Assembly (NCBI GenBank): GCA_965248535.1
Contig: CBDFJR010000002.1
Coordinates: 384,001 to 448,000, forward strand
Direction: 5' to 3'
DNA from: Phormidesmis sp.
GTDB taxonomy: Bacteria; Cyanobacteriota; Cyanobacteriia; Leptolyngbyales; Leptolyngbyaceae
DNA: 64,000 bases
Part shown: positions 31,151 to 43,132 of the stretch, piece by piece
Layout of the letters: every line of letters begins with the position of its first letter
How positions within the stretch are numbered: the stretch's first letter is position 1
Notes under the pieces: generated by a model
The model's database searches: none
The model's input: only the letters and a program-made list of their open reading frames with translations
Told to the model about the DNA's origin: nothing
Program-made: the position numbers and the translations under genes

Positions 31151-31575
31151 TTACGGGGTATTTGGAGCAATAACGAAAATAGCTTGGTTTTTGTGTTTGC
31201 GGTAAATGTAGAAGTCGCTGTCAAGGGTGAGAATGGGGCTATCGGGATAGAGTTCAGCCAGACGAACGAGGCAGGCATCGGCAAGCGACATAGGAACAGA
31301 GCAGTATCGGGTCAGCAGGGTTTGCAGAGCGATCGCTTCATCTTCGATCCGAAACGGAATTTGAATGAGTCCGTCGGCGATAAGAGAGAGGATCGTGGCT
31401 TCTCCAGAAGGGGTGTTTCGTAGGAGGAAACAGGCTTCTGTGATGACGGGTTCGCAGGAAATGAGACTGGAGAGGAGACGCGATCGAGTTCTGCAACTGC
31501 CCAAGCATGAAACTGATCCTGAGCTTTCAAGGAAGCAACTAGCGGTCCTGTGTCTAGTAGAACTGGATGGCTCAT
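31151..31575 (-). pseudogene. VapC/PIN toxin, frameshift near 31466
   Basis: VLLDTGPLVA start; second frame CEPVITEACFLL...MSLADACL...TLDSDF. Confidence 0.8.
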
Positions 31576-31817
31576 TATTCTCCAAAGCCTTCCATATATT
31601 GCGGGTTTGTAGACAAGTCGGATGGACCGCCTTCCAAAGAGCCTATATAATGCTGGGCGGCAGCAGCGAAGGAACGCGATGGAGTGGCTGGGGTGGCTGG
31701 GGTGATGGCGTTTTGCCGCTGTTGACTCAGGAATAGAATGAAGTTGAGGACTTCTTGTTGTTGGCTGCTGGGAAGGGCGCGAAGATGTTCTAGGACTTGT
31801 TCTTCGAGTTGCGGCAT
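31575..31817 (-). CDS. DUF2281-like antitoxin
   Basis: QQQEVLNFILFL, GPSDLSTNPQYMEGFG; coupled to the PIN gene. Confidence 0.75.
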   Translation of the reverse strand: MPQLEEQVLEHLRALPSSQQQEVLNFILFLSQQRQNAITPATPATPSRSFAAAAQHYIGSLEGGPSDLSTNPQYMEGFGE

Positions 31818-32275
31818 GGGAATTTCTCCTGCTTTAGATGGGTGTTCATCACTTTAACTTCCAGCTTTCTAGAATAGTGCTGAAGAATTATCCCTACTTA
31901 CAACCTTAAACCTTTCTTGATCGCTGAGAACTGAAAGTAATTTTCCTGCAACTTTACTGAAAATTTCTCAAGCGCGTTTCCACAGGTAGCCTGAGATAGT
32001 CTGACGATGTACTTGAGCGACGATCGGCTAATCTCAAACAAATCGAGAAGACCCTGTTCAACCCTCTAATGATTTGTTAGGTTGCCCGATACTTGCCGAC
32101 TTTTCGCATTGCCCAACCTAAGTTGTCGCAAGATACTATGGAGCCGTCAGTTATGAATACTAGTCTGGCGATCGGCGCTTAAGTTCAGCAATGGGTAACA
32201 GCAGATTGTCTCCAATTTCTTGGCGGGTACGATCGCTGACTGCTCCGGGTTTCTCAAACAGTCTCTCCAACTGCT

Positions 32276-32497
32276 CTACAGGCTCACAACTTCAACATCA
32301 AGCCGCTGCTTAACGGGATGTTCGGTAGTCAGTAAGCGATCGATTTGATCTAAAACTGTGGCGTGAAAGTATCGCTCACCGCATTCTGGACAAACTTCAG
32401 CATCAACGTTCTCAATAATGTAGAGTTTTCCCTTTAGCCAATGTTGCCGCCTCACCTTTTTGGTGATGGTTTGCCCGTCGCAAAATTCACAAATCAT
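32276..32497 (-). CDS. YgiT-type zinc finger protein
   Basis: CEFC...NVDAEVCPECGERYF. Confidence 0.85.
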   Translation of the reverse strand: MICEFCDGQTITKKVRRQHWLKGKLYIIENVDAEVCPECGERYFHATVLDQIDRLLTTEHPVKQRLDVEVVSL

Positions 32498-32622
32498 GTG
32501 TTCTCCGCAAGTGCATAGACGGTGATGATAACATCGCCTACCATTTCGTCTTCAGTGTTCGATGAAAGGTAGTAGTCGCGATCGCGAATCTTCTAACGAA
32601 TTTGCTCGATGCTCCATTCCAT
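32494..32622 (-). pseudogene. DUF4258-like toxin remnant with internal stop and deletion
   Basis: MEWSIEQIR*KIRDRDYYLSSNTEDEMVGDVIITVYALAENT*; ATGA overlap with the YgiT gene. Confidence 0.65.
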
Positions 32623-32660
32623 TTCTTGCTCTACCTAAAATGTCTCTAGGGTTCCAATGG

Positions 32661-33143
32661 TTAGGGTTTTGCTATCACCGTACTTCCATGAAAACGGTTT
32701 TTTACAAAAGAGTAAGAATAGTCAACTGTGACTGGTCCCTGACAACGACCCCTTACATCATTGTCAACGTACTTACTAGCCCAACTCCAAGTAGCTATGC
32801 CTTCCTTTCCCCACTCAACCTGACCTAATTCAGAGGGTCGGTTGTTCAAGGTGAACATATAGTCAACTTCGAACTTAACCAAATCATTTCCTTCAAGATG
32901 AACGTCCTTAGCGTAAGAGGCTTGTTTTAAGCTTTCAGCACACATTTTTACTGACTTTGATGCTCCAAAGCTTGGCATCTTTAGCACTGATAAATCATAT
33001 CGCCCAGTGACATCGTGGAAGTAAATTTGATAGCCGATTTGATAAATTACTATTGGAAGTGTGATAGGGAGTGTGAGAAGCCCAAAACAGACTACTACCC
33101 AACCTAATGAACGTAACGAACTTAATGTCGAATTTTTATTCAT
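32661..33143 (-). CDS. Hypothetical membrane-anchored protein
   Basis: AT-rich ORF with TM segment; start uncertain, probably MNKNST at 33143. Confidence 0.55.
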   Translation of the reverse strand: MNKNSTLSSLRSLGWVVVCFGLLTLPITLPIVIYQIGYQIYFHDVTGRYDLSVLKMPSFGASKSVKMCAESLKQASYAKDVHLEGNDLVKFEVDYMFTLNNRPSELGQVEWGKEGIATWSWASKYVDNDVRGRCQGPVTVDYSYSFVKNRFHGSTVIAKP

Positions 33144-33309
33144 GAGCAAAAATAACTTGGTAACCCGAAGCATTCCCCAAATTCTAGGAAAGATTGTGAT
33201 CTGGCTGTAAGAGGATGTTTGAAAAGTCTCAAATGCTATGTTGAATGAGGCGATCGCTCCATTCATCCCGCTACGTAATGGTGTCAGCATATCCACCATT
33301 CTACATACA

Positions 33310-33370
33310 CGAACAATCGTGGACATCCCTGAACGATCGTGAACGCTGGCTGAACATCGCTGAACATCAG
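33310..33370 (+). repeat. Six degenerate direct repeats with 10-11 bp period (TGAAC core)
   Basis: CGAACAATCG TGGACATCCC TGAACGATCG TGAACGCTGGC TGAACATCGC TGAACATCAG. Confidence 0.75.
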
Positions 33371-33422
33371 ACCCCATAAGGCTTTTGACAGACTCAAGGA
33401 GTAGTCAACCCAGCACCCAACC

Positions 33423-33602
33423 ATGAAGCCTTTCAATCTTCGATCCGCGATCGCATCTACCCTCACCGCCGTAGCTGGCGCAACCTCGATCTACCTCGCC
33501 ACACTCCCCAACCCGACCCAACCCCAAACAGACTTAGGTCACACCGCCAATCAGATTTTCCTCATCGGTAGCCAGTCACTCCTCAAAAACCGCAAGGAGT
33601 GA
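33423..33602 (+). CDS. 59-aa small hydrophobic protein
   Basis: Manual translation MKPFNLRSAIASTLTAVAGATSIYLATLPNPTQPQTDLGHTANQIFLIGSQSLLKNRKE. Confidence 0.55.
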   Translation: MKPFNLRSAIASTLTAVAGATSIYLATLPNPTQPQTDLGHTANQIFLIGSQSLLKNRKE

Positions 33603-33628
33603 CCTCTGGTATGAGTGTTTCTACCCAA

Positions 33629-36600
33629 TCAACCCGTGTTTCTCATCCCCGCCGCGATGCCATTAATCGTCAACAGTGCCCCCCGCAGCAGTTCGCCCTT
33701 GCTGTAGCGCGATCGCACCACCCCAGCCGCCGCAAAGGTTTTGTGCTGACGGAGCCGTTTGAGCAACGAGACTTGCAGAAACCCTAGGGGCACGATCGTG
33801 CCATTGCGAAGCTGCACCGATCGCTGTAATTCTGGGTCACCGTCTAGCAACCGCTTGTGCTCAGTGATCGTCAGCACCAGTTCCCGCGTCAGGTAATATT
33901 CACTGAGAATTTGCTCATAAACGGGGGCAAATCGTTCGCGGTCTTCGGGTTGAGTCAACTCACTCACATAGTGCCCGGCAATTTGCAGATCGACTTTTGA
34001 GAGCGTCATCTCAACCTTTGAGATCGCCATTTTAAAGAACGGCCATTTCAGATAAAAATAGCGGAGTAGCTTCAAATTCTCTTCAGGGTGCTCTGCCAAG
34101 AAACTTTGCAAGGCCGTGCCGACTCCATACCACGACGGCAGCAGAAAGCGGCTTTGAGTCCAGCTAAACACCCACGGGATCGCCCGCAGGCTGGCCAGAT
34201 CTTTTTTGCCGCCGCGACGAGCCGGGCGCGAACTGATTTGCAGTTGACTAATTTCCTCGATCGGGGTGACTTGATGAAAGAAATCAATAAAATCTGGCTG
34301 CTCATAAATCAGATCCCGGTAGTGAGTCCGCGATTTGGCCGCTAACTCCTCCATGATCTCGTGCCAAGGCTGAATGTCGTCAAACCCCGTTCGCAGCAGA
34401 CTGCCCTGAATCACGGCAGTGGTCACCGTCTCTAGGTTAAACAGCGCCAACTCTGGGAGCGAATATTTTGAGGCCAGCACTTCGCCCTGCTCGGTGATTT
34501 TAATGCGCCCATTAACGCTGCGACCGGGCTGCGCCAAGATCGCCTCATAAGCAGGGCCGCCACCGCGCCCGACTGAGCCGCCACGCCCGTGGAAGATTCG
34601 CAGGGCAACCCCGTGCTGGTCAGCAATGCTTTGCAGCGCTTGCTGGGCTTTGTGAATCTCCCAGTTGCTGCTGAGAAACCCAGAATCTTTGTTGCTGTCA
34701 GAGTAGCCCAACATGACTTCTTGCAGCGAGACGCTGTGCAAAAGCCTAGAGGAAGAGTCTTTGGGGTCGGCGATCGCTCCCCCTTCAGGCTTTGCAAAGC
34801 CGCCTGAGAGCATCGCTCGATAAAAGGGTAGTTGAAAGATCTCCGTCATAACAGAGGGCGCTTTGAGCAGATCTTCGACCGTCTCAAATAGGGGCACCAC
34901 CTGCACCGTGCTGATCCCCGTCGCGGGATCGTAGAGTCCGGCTTCTTTGGCCAGCAGCAAGACTTCGAGCATATCGCTGACATCATGGCTCATGCTGATG
35001 ATGTAAGTGCGGCAGATGTCGAGTCCAAATTCTTGCTGAAGCTTTCGCATCATGCGGAAGGTCGCGATCGTTTCCTGAACCTTTTCTGAGAAGGGCAACT
35101 CAGCAGGGATCAGGGGTCTGCGAGTCTGAAGCTCAGTGGCCAGCCAGATAGTCTTTTCAGACTCTGACATCTCGTTATAGGGCTTAGGCAACACTTGAAG
35201 ATAGTCGGCGATCTCGTTGAGAGCGTCAGCGTGGCGCGTGCTTTCTTGCCGGATGTCGAGGTGGGCCAGATTAAAGCCAAAAATCTCGACCTGACAGATT
35301 AGGTGATCTAAATCGCGGCAGTTCAGCCCAGTTTCAGCCAAGTTGCGCTGAATCAGACGCAGTTCGATCAAAAAGTTTTTGCCAGAGCGATAGACGATCG
35401 CCTCGTCATAATCGGGAATTTCTTGGGGCAGCGCATCGGTGTGATACATCTGCTCGTTGCGGGCCAGCGTGTTTCTCAGCCGCTTTTGAATGTAGGACAG
35501 CTTGAGTCGATAAGGCTCTTGGCGATAGCGCACAGAGAGTTGATCATAGACATCGGGCATCCGCTGCTGGTCTTGCTCTAAGGATTCCAGCAGGTCGGGC
35601 AGCACGTCGCTCCAGTGCAGAGATAAACTCAGCAGGTCAATCAAGCGATCGAGCGACTGAATATATTTTTCTAACACCATGCGCCGCTGATAGCACGCCG
35701 TTTGCCAGGTGACGTGAGGCGTGACCGAGGGGTTGCCATCGCGATCGGAACCCACCCATGAGCCAAACTGACAAAAGTTATAGCGAGGCAACTGCATTCC
35801 GGGAAAGGACGAGTGCAATCCCTGCTTGAGGCGCTGATAAAGGTGGGGAATCGCGTCAAACAGCACCTCTTGAAAGTAGTGCAGAGTGTAGTCTACTTCA
35901 TCAAGCACGGTGGGTTTGAACTGGTGCAATTCATCAGTGCGCCACCAGAGGCGAATTTCTTCAGTGAGTTGATCCCGCAGTGACTCGGCTTCCCATGAGG
36001 AAGATAGACCCATCGATTTAAGGCTGTCTTCGACGCGATCGAGTTCTCGCAAAACTTTGGCAATGCGGCGCTGCTTATCGCGAATGGTGTGCCTCACAAT
36101 CTCTGTCGGGTGGGCCGTAAACACGAGCCACACATCTAGCTGATCAATCAGCCGCTGAATCTGTTGAGGCGGCACATTTAGCCGCTTGAGCTTAGGAAAG
36201 AGCCAGTGAAACGTGCCGACTTCTCGCCGCAGGTTGCTCTCTTGCATACTTTTTTCGAGCAGATCGGCTTCTAAGCTAGAAGGTGTCTCAGGCGATTGAC
36301 CATAATCATGCTTGCTGGTTGCCGAAGGCGCTGCTTCACGAGCCGCCCGATATTGCTGCTGCTGATCTCGCTGCTCATAGTGCTGCTCAACAATGTTGAT
36401 CAGTTGAAAATAGAGAGCAAAGGCACGAGCCGCCCGAATAGCCTCATTAAGATCGAGCTTTTCGACCACTTGCAGCACGTCTGACTCAGCAAAGGTCGTG
36501 GCTTGACCTTCGGGCGAACACATTTCGCGCAGTTGATTGAGCAGATCGACCAGTTCTTGACCGCATTCCTGTCGCAAAACCGCTTCCCATAGGTCTTCTA

Positions 36601-36733
36601 CGATTTTGAGACGATGGCGAAGAAAGAGGTCGGAGGTGAAAACCCCAATATCATCTGATGACATAGCTGACACTGCGCTAGCTTCTGTGGCGGTTCTGGA
36701 AGATTCTTCGGGAGAGGGGCGGGTCGAACTCAT
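33629..36733 (-). CDS. ppc: Phosphoenolpyruvate carboxylase
   Basis: [47 protein letters not shown]. Confidence 0.98.
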   Translation of the reverse strand: MSSTRPSPEESSRTATEASAVSAMSSDDIGVFTSDLFLRHRLKIVEDLWEAVLRQECGQELVDLLNQLREMCSPEGQATTFAESDVLQVVEKLDLNEAIRAARAFALYFQLINIVEQHYEQRDQQQQYRAAREAAPSATSKHDYGQSPETPSSLEADLLEKSMQESNLRREVGTFHWLFPKLKRLNVPPQQIQRLIDQLDVWLVFTAHPTEIVRHTIRDKQRRIAKVLRELDRVEDSLKSMGLSSSWEAESLRDQLTEEIRLWWRTDELHQFKPTVLDEVDYTLHYFQEVLFDAIPHLYQRLKQGLHSSFPGMQLPRYNFCQFGSWVGSDRDGNPSVTPHVTWQTACYQRRMVLEKYIQSLDRLIDLLSLSLHWSDVLPDLLESLEQDQQRMPDVYDQLSVRYRQEPYRLKLSYIQKRLRNTLARNEQMYHTDALPQEIPDYDEAIVYRSGKNFLIELRLIQRNLAETGLNCRDLDHLICQVEIFGFNLAHLDIRQESTRHADALNEIADYLQVLPKPYNEMSESEKTIWLATELQTRRPLIPAELPFSEKVQETIATFRMMRKLQQEFGLDICRTYIISMSHDVSDMLEVLLLAKEAGLYDPATGISTVQVVPLFETVEDLLKAPSVMTEIFQLPFYRAMLSGGFAKPEGGAIADPKDSSSRLLHSVSLQEVMLGYSDSNKDSGFLSSNWEIHKAQQALQSIADQHGVALRIFHGRGGSVGRGGGPAYEAILAQPGRSVNGRIKITEQGEVLASKYSLPELALFNLETVTTAVIQGSLLRTGFDDIQPWHEIMEELAAKSRTHYRDLIYEQPDFIDFFHQVTPIEEISQLQISSRPARRGGKKDLASLRAIPWVFSWTQSRFLLPSWYGVGTALQSFLAEHPEENLKLLRYFYLKWPFFKMAISKVEMTLSKVDLQIAGHYVSELTQPEDRERFAPVYEQILSEYYLTRELVLTITEHKRLLDGDPELQRSVQLRNGTIVPLGFLQVSLLKRLRQHKTFAAAGVVRSRYSKGELLRGALLTINGIAAGMRNTG

Positions 36734-36807
36734 AAAGCGGTTCCAGCAGAGATACTCGACAATTTCACGGGCAAGTCAAATAGTTAATCCTAATCGTCGC
36801 TAACCCT

Positions 36808-37035
36808 TCAATCCGTATCATTTGTATCAGAGAGAGGATTAGCCGTTGGCAAGGTTGAGAAGTCTAAAATCGGCAGCCGATCGCCCCGAAAAATCTCTTC
36901 ACTCAGCGATCCCAGTTCGCGCAGCCCTTCGGACAAGGCTCGAACGCCAACCATGCCCGCTAGCACTGGCAAGGTTGTTAGCCCAACTAAAACTTTAGAC
37001 TCGATGCTGAACCTGAAAAGCGGGTCGAATTCCAT
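36808..37035 (-). CDS. Small conserved hypothetical protein
   Basis: LGSLSEEIFRGDRLP motif. Confidence 0.7.
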   Translation of the reverse strand: MEFDPLFRFSIESKVLVGLTTLPVLAGMVGVRALSEGLRELGSLSEEIFRGDRLPILDFSTLPTANPLSDTNDTD

Positions 37036-37498
37036 AGCGGCTGCTTAAATAACTTGAATAGACAGGTGAACGTTCAAGCGTCTGAGCCGATGGGTCTAAA
37101 CGGCCAGATTTCATTCAATCTTTGAGTTGATGGTCATGTTTCTTTGTTTTTAGACTAAAATCTCTAGGATTTCAGCCTGAAAACGGCGCAAGCTGCCGTA
37201 TTTTGAAGTCATGGGCGGAACTGCATCTTCACAAAAGAGGAAAGTGCTCTTTTGTAAGTCACGGCCTTTGGCGATCGCGGTGCTCTGCGGCTGCTCATGC
37301 ACTATATTGATTAGCCTAGCAAGTTTATTGATTGAGAACCTAGAAGACTCACTCACTTTTAAGTCGATTCGTTAACTTGTGCTTACCATATCAAAGAAAA
37401 GTTCGATCAAAACGAAAGGTCTTGTGAAAAAGTAGAGCCGGAGCACTACTGATAGAGAAAACCCGTCGTCTGACCCACCCCAAGGAATTCTGCTGCTG

Positions 37499-40400
37499 AT
37501 GTTGAACGTACCTGAGCGCGCACCGTCTTCTATAAAACCCGTTAAAGACAGACCGAGTTTGGTGCAGTGGCTTAAGCAGGTCATTGATTTGCCGCAGGTG
37601 CGGGTGCAGGTGCGGTTTCGGGGCAATAATCTCTATATTTTGTGTGAGGGGCAGATCTGTCCGCCGCGATCGCTGCTGTTGCTGCGAGTCGTGCGGGCGT
37701 TAGCCAAGACAAGGTTAGATCGCTTTATTGCCAGTGGTCAGCCTCAAGTTTATCAAGTCTTTCTCTATGGTCGGGCCCTAGGTCGGCCTCGCCCTGACTG
37801 GGCAGAGGTGATTGATCTCCATCAGATTGATCGCTACCTAGAAAACGCTGCAAACAGGCACCTCGACGAAAAAGGGGGGGACTCTGTCCGATGACGCGGC
37901 GGTTTCTTCGCTAGCGATCGCGACGATTCAACTCGCTCAGCAGGGGCGACCGGAGGCGATCGCTCGATATTTAAGTGAGTCGTTTAGCAGTTTAGGGGTG
38001 GCGGTGCGCGCCAGCGTCAAGCCTATTCCGTCAAAAGAGGGCGAGGCTGACGCGCTGCGGCTGTGGGTGGTGTGTGAGTCAGCCTATAGCCCTGATGCGT
38101 CTCTGATGGCGGAATCGATCGCGCAAAAACTTCGAGATTTGGCGCTAACTGGCTTTGAGTCGGCGATCGTGTTGAGCCAAGTTCACGGAGAGCTACAGCC
38201 TGACTGGACGCTGCGAGTCGATCTGACTCCTCCTGATGAGATGCTCAAAGCTTGGGCCCGCTGGGGCGACCCTGCCGCGATCGCTCGGTTGCTCGATCGC
38301 ACGCTGCGCGATCAGCAAATTCGTGCGTCTGCCACTTTCAAAGACACAACGCTGCATCTTTCTTGTGGGGGAGAAAAATTGCCTGATCGGGGCCGAGTCA
38401 TGGCAGCTATCAAGCCTTTGTTGGATGCGATCGCGCCTCAAGGAATTTTGTCGGCTGCGGTCTATGGGGTCGAACCGTCGTCTGACTCCTCTAAACCTTC
38501 TGATTCTCAGCTTGACGGCCCTGCCTGGGTTGAGTGGCTAAAGCTGCCTGCCTCAGTTCACCCGGCGCTGTCAGACTCGACCCACTGGCTAGCCGAAAAA
38601 GGAGACATTCCCGCGATCGCGTTTTTGCTGAGTCGGCTACTTAACCCCGATCTCGATCGCCAACTGGCGACGGGCGGCATTCGCATTCAGGTGCGGCAAA
38701 AAGAAGATCTCTTGCACATCATGGCCGATGCGCCCCTCTGCCCACCTCAAAACCGGGTCGGATCGGCGATCGCTCAGTTCCTCAAGCCGCTCGATATTCC
38801 GGGGGTTGCCGGAGTGAGAATCTATGGGCGCAGAGCCGGACAAGCTCGCCCTGCCTGGAGCTATGGCTCTGATTTTGGGTTGCGCGATCGCCTAGTGCCT
38901 GCCGCAACTCCAGAATTTGCTGCCTCAGATGAATATGTGGGCGATCTGCTGACTGCATCGGGCGAGTTAGCGCGGCGACCTGACCTGACGGCTGATGATC
39001 TGCGAGTTGCCCTCGATCGGCTCCGAGACAGAATGCAGGGCGTTTTGACCCGATCGCAGCTATTTGTTGTAGTGGCGACACAGAATTCCCGATCGCCCGA
39101 CTCAACGCCAAAATCTCAAACCACCAAACTGGCTTTAGTGTGGGCTACCCTCGGTCTGCTGCTCACCGTGCAGTCTGATTGGATCTTGGGACAACTGCTC
39201 AAGCCAAAAATGGAGCTAAAGCCGATGGCGATCGCCACGGTCTCTCCGTCTCCAGTAGTCTCAGACGAGATCCCGCTGCCTCAGATATCGCTGCAAAAAC
39301 CGGGCATTGGTCGCGGCGATGCGTTTAATGGCTCTGGCTTTACTCAGTCGGGGCAAACGGTGCTTTCAACGGATGATCCAAGTCCGGCACCGGGGGCGAT
39401 CGCCGCACCCTCTCCTGCTAAAGCCTTAGTTGCGGCGCAACTTCAGCAAAAAGCCGTGGTTGATGCGGCGCGATCGCCCTACCCCACTCTTAACGCTCGA
39501 CAGCTTGACGAAAAGCTGGTGCTCTATCGTCAATATATTGAGAAGTCAGGAGCACCTGATGTCTTGGTGGTGGGCAGTTCTAGAGCCATGCGAGGCATCG
39601 ATCCAACTGCGTTGCAGCAAGCGTTGGCTACCCAAGGGTATCCCGGTTTGAAGATCTTTAACTTTGGGGTGAATGGGGCTACGGCCCAAGTCGTCGATTT
39701 AATTGTGCGTCGCCTGCTGCCTGCCGAAAAGCTGCCCAAGCTGATCATCTGGGCCGATGGCTCACGGGCGATCAACAGTGGGCGAGTCGATGTCACCTAT
39801 AACGCGATCGCGGTCTCCCAGGGCTTTAAAGCGATTCCAGTTGATGGGTCTCCGGCGATCGCCCCTCCCCCAACTCCTCCTGCGCCTGAGTCATCAATCA
39901 CGACTTCGTTAGGCACGATTTCGTCTACTAACTCGGTGGTGGCTGACAGCTATCAAACCGTCAACACTTGGCTAAACCAGACGTTAGCCAATCTTTCTAG
40001 CACCTACGCGCAGCGAGAATCGCTTAAAACCCTGTTTCAGCGTGAGGTCGCCTCTGGATTTAAACCTCGGTCTAACGGTGATCAAGACACTGACCTGACG
40101 ATCGTGCAAGACGGCCAGGGGCTGATCGATGTCGCTGGCTTTTTGCCGATTTCAAATCGATTTAACCCAGCAACTTATTATCAGAAATATTCCAAAGTGG
40201 CGGGCAACAGCGATGGCGACTATGCTGATTTTCGGCTAGAGGGCGGTCAGTCTGCGGCGATCGCCTCTTTAGCCACTTTCACGCAAGCGCAAAAAATTCC
40301 TCTAGTGTTTGTCAATCTGCCCTTGACGGCTGACTATCTCGACTCAGTGCGCCGACAGCATGAGCAAACCTTCCAGCAATATATGCTCCGCACTTCTGCT

Positions 40401-40550
40401 GAGTTAGGGTTTACCTACCGCAATTTGACCGAAGAATGGAAAGCCGAGCCTGACTTCTTTTCTGACCCTAGCCATCTCAACCGCTATGGGGCGTTTGCGG
40501 TCGCTAGTCACCTAGCCAAAGATCCGTTGATTCCGTGGGCCAAGCGTTGA
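37499..40550 (+). CDS. Large DUF1574/SGNH-like domain protein, frameshift near 37880
   Basis: ORFs 37499-37894 and 37998-40550 share repeated domain-like segments; C-terminal GSSRA, NFGVNGA, FSDPSHLN. Confidence 0.7.
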
Positions 40551-40809
40551 GCGATCGCCCCGGCAAATTTTGTCGGTCAATCTCTTTAACTTCAGAGATT
40601 TTCGCTTGAGCGTTATCAAATCGTGATATAACGATTAAGGTTTTGTTACAAATAGCACTGCAACGCATCTAACTCAAGATAGATTTGTCCAAAAATCTGT
40701 CCACTATTGAGTTGCAGTACAGCGGTTAACTCATCAGCAAAAGACCTGCTCACTGCTAGGCAGGTTTTTGTGTGCGTTCCGAACACTACTCGGAGGAAAA
40801 AATCAATTC

Positions 40810-41856
40810 ATGACAGCATCGACCGTCCAGCCTCAGAACCCGGCTCTCGATCTCACTGGTTCAAAGCTCCGTCTTAAGGATATTCTCAAAACCCTGCCCC
40901 GCGAAAGCTTTCAGCGCAATCAGCGAAAAGCCTGGACGATGGTGCTGGTCAATGTTTTGATGGTGGGTCTCGGCTATTGGGCGATTCAGGCATCGCCCTG
41001 GTTCTTACTCCCTTTTGCCTGGGTGTTTACGGGCACCGCCCTAACGGGATTTTTTGTGATCTCTCACGACTGCGGGCACCGATCGTTTGCCCAACGCAAA
41101 TGGGTCAACGATCTGGTGGGACATATTTTTATGGCCCCGTTGATCTACCCCTTTCACTGCTGGCGCATTTTGCACAACAAGCACCACAAACACACTAATA
41201 AGATGGATGTGGACAATGCCTGGCAGCCGTTTCGCCCAGAAGTCTATGACGAGTTTGGCCCCGTTCGGCGAGTCGGCTATGAATATATGCGCGGTCGCTT
41301 GTGGTGGCTAGCGTCGATCTTGCACTGGGGAATCATTCACTTTGATCTGTCGCAATATGAGCCAAAAGATCGTGACAAAGTAAAAGTCTCGATCGCTGTA
41401 GTGGTCGTGTTTGCCGCGATCGTGTTTCCGACTTTGATCGCGACGACCGGAGTGTGGGGCTTTGTCAAATTTTGGCTGCTGCCCTGGCTGGTCTATCACT
41501 TTTGGATGAGCACCTTTACATTGGTGCACCACACCCTGCCCGCCATTCATTTCTCTGAGCCAGAAGACTGGAACGAGGCTCAGGCCCAGCTATTTGGCAC
41601 CGTTCACTGTGAATATCCGGCGTGGGTTGAGTTTCTTTGCCATCACATTAACGTTCACATTCCTCATCATCTCTCAACGGCGATTCCGTCCTATAATCTG
41701 CGGCTGGCTCACCGCAGTTTGCAAAAGACGTGGGGCACTTCTCTGCAAGAGCATCGCTTTTCTTGGCAGCTAATTCGCCAGATCACTGACGAGTGTCATC
41801 TCTATCACCCCGAAACGGCCTATCAATCGTTTAATGATTATCGGGGCAAGCCCTAG
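40810..41856 (+). CDS. desA: Acyl-lipid delta-12 desaturase
   Basis: His boxes HDCGH, HNKHH, HIPHH. Confidence 0.9.
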   Translation: MTASTVQPQNPALDLTGSKLRLKDILKTLPRESFQRNQRKAWTMVLVNVLMVGLGYWAIQASPWFLLPFAWVFTGTALTGFFVISHDCGHRSFAQRKWVNDLVGHIFMAPLIYPFHCWRILHNKHHKHTNKMDVDNAWQPFRPEVYDEFGPVRRVGYEYMRGRLWWLASILHWGIIHFDLSQYEPKDRDKVKVSIAVVVVFAAIVFPTLIATTGVWGFVKFWLLPWLVYHFWMSTFTLVHHTLPAIHFSEPEDWNEAQAQLFGTVHCEYPAWVEFLCHHINVHIPHHLSTAIPSYNLRLAHRSLQKTWGTSLQEHRFSWQLIRQITDECHLYHPETAYQSFNDYRGKP

Positions 41857-41889
41857 GGTTGAGATCAGCGATCGCCGCTGACTGACTTT

Positions 41890-41943
41890 CAAGAGTGCGA
41901 AATCTGGGGCTGAGATTCCAGGTTTCGCACTCTTGCTTTTTTT
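41890..41943 (+). terminator. Intrinsic terminator after desA
   Basis: CAAGAGTGCGAAATCTGG...CCAGGTTTCGCACTCTTG followed by T7. Confidence 0.85.
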
Positions 41944-42176
41944 ACGGTCTGTCGATAACAGATGTGAACGAATTCATGATTCTCAACCGCGCACCTTTAT
42001 AATCTGTTACGTCTCTAGGAAAATCACGACAGCGATCGCCCACTAAAAGCGGTTAGACCGAGTGATCTCATTATTCCTGCTTACAAAGTTGACTATAGTT
42101 ATTACAGTTTGTCATTCACCCTTAAATTGACTAATCAAACCTGTCCCTTCTAGCCACTCTGCCGAGTCAATTCTGA

Positions 42177-42446
42177 ATGAGCACTGAGACCTATTTAAAT
42201 CACCCGACCTTTGGCTTGCTGTTCAGAGTCTGTTTGGTAGAAGACAAGCGCGAGTTATTCAGCACGCTCTACGCCCAGCGCCTCTTTTTTATCGTGTCCA
42301 ACGACCCCGCTGGCATTGAGTTTGATTCTATCAATCGCACTGAGGCCAAAGTGATGGTCGAAAATCGTCTGCGAATGCTGCGCCGAACTGGCTTATTCAA
42401 AGACTATGATCAGCTTCAAGTGATTCACAAACGCACGTTTCAATAA
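42177..42446 (+). CDS. pipX: PII-interacting protein X
   Basis: ETYLNHPTFGLL, TLYAQRLFF. Confidence 0.96.
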   Translation: MSTETYLNHPTFGLLFRVCLVEDKRELFSTLYAQRLFFIVSNDPAGIEFDSINRTEAKVMVENRLRMLRRTGLFKDYDQLQVIHKRTFQ

Positions 42447-43132
42447 TGGATGCTGATTTTGATCGGGTTAGCGATCGCATAGTCCGATTTTGCCAAACCA
42501 TTCCTGAGAGCGTCCGAGTCGTTGCTGTCACCAAAAACGTTTCGGTTGAGTCGATGCGGGCGGCCTATGCGGCAGGTGTGCGTGACTTTGGCGAAAATCG
42601 CGTTCAAGACGCTGAGATTAAGCAGGCGCAACTCACCGATTTGCCCGATATCACTTGGCACCTGATTGGACATCTGCAAGCCAACAAAGCCAAAAAAGCT
42701 CTAGAGCAGTTTCAGTGGATTCATTCTGTCGATAGTCTCAAACTGGCCCAGAGGCTCAATCAACTGGCTGCCGATCGCCCCCAACTGCCTCAGATTTGTC
42801 TGCAAGTTAAGCTGCTTCCCGACCCCAATAAGTTTGGCTGGACAGAATCAGAGCTATGGGCTGACCTGCCGCACCTGAGTGAGTGTGAGCATTTGCAAAT
42901 TCGCGGATTGATGACGATCGCGCCTTTAGGGTTGAGCGCTTCAGAAATTTTTGATCTTTTTGTGCGAACTCGTGAACTTGCGGTTAAGATTCAACAACAA
43001 AATGCACGGAGATTCTACTTAGATCAACTCTCAATGGGGATGTCCGAAGATTACCCCTTGGCAATCAAAGCGGGAGCTACTATGATTCGACCCGGACGAA
43101 TTTTATTTGGGGATCTGCAAAGCTCAGTTTAG
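42446..43132 (+). CDS. pipY: PLP homeostasis protein (YggS/PipY)
   Basis: VAVTK, FGENRVQ, WHLIGHLQ.NK, LSMGMS.DY. Confidence 0.95.
   Translation: MDADFDRVSDRIVRFCQTIPESVRVVAVTKNVSVESMRAAYAAGVRDFGENRVQDAEIKQAQLTDLPDITWHLIGHLQANKAKKALEQFQWIHSVDSLKLAQRLNQLAADRPQLPQICLQVKLLPDPNKFGWTESELWADLPHLSECEHLQIRGLMTIAPLGLSASEIFDLFVRTRELAVKIQQQNARRFYLDQLSMGMSEDYPLAIKAGATMIRPGRILFGDLQSSV

Noticed and set aside
32160..32275. Protein-like minus-strand fragment EQLERLFEKPGAVSDRTRQEIGDNLLLP
   Set aside because: No start codon or recognisable family
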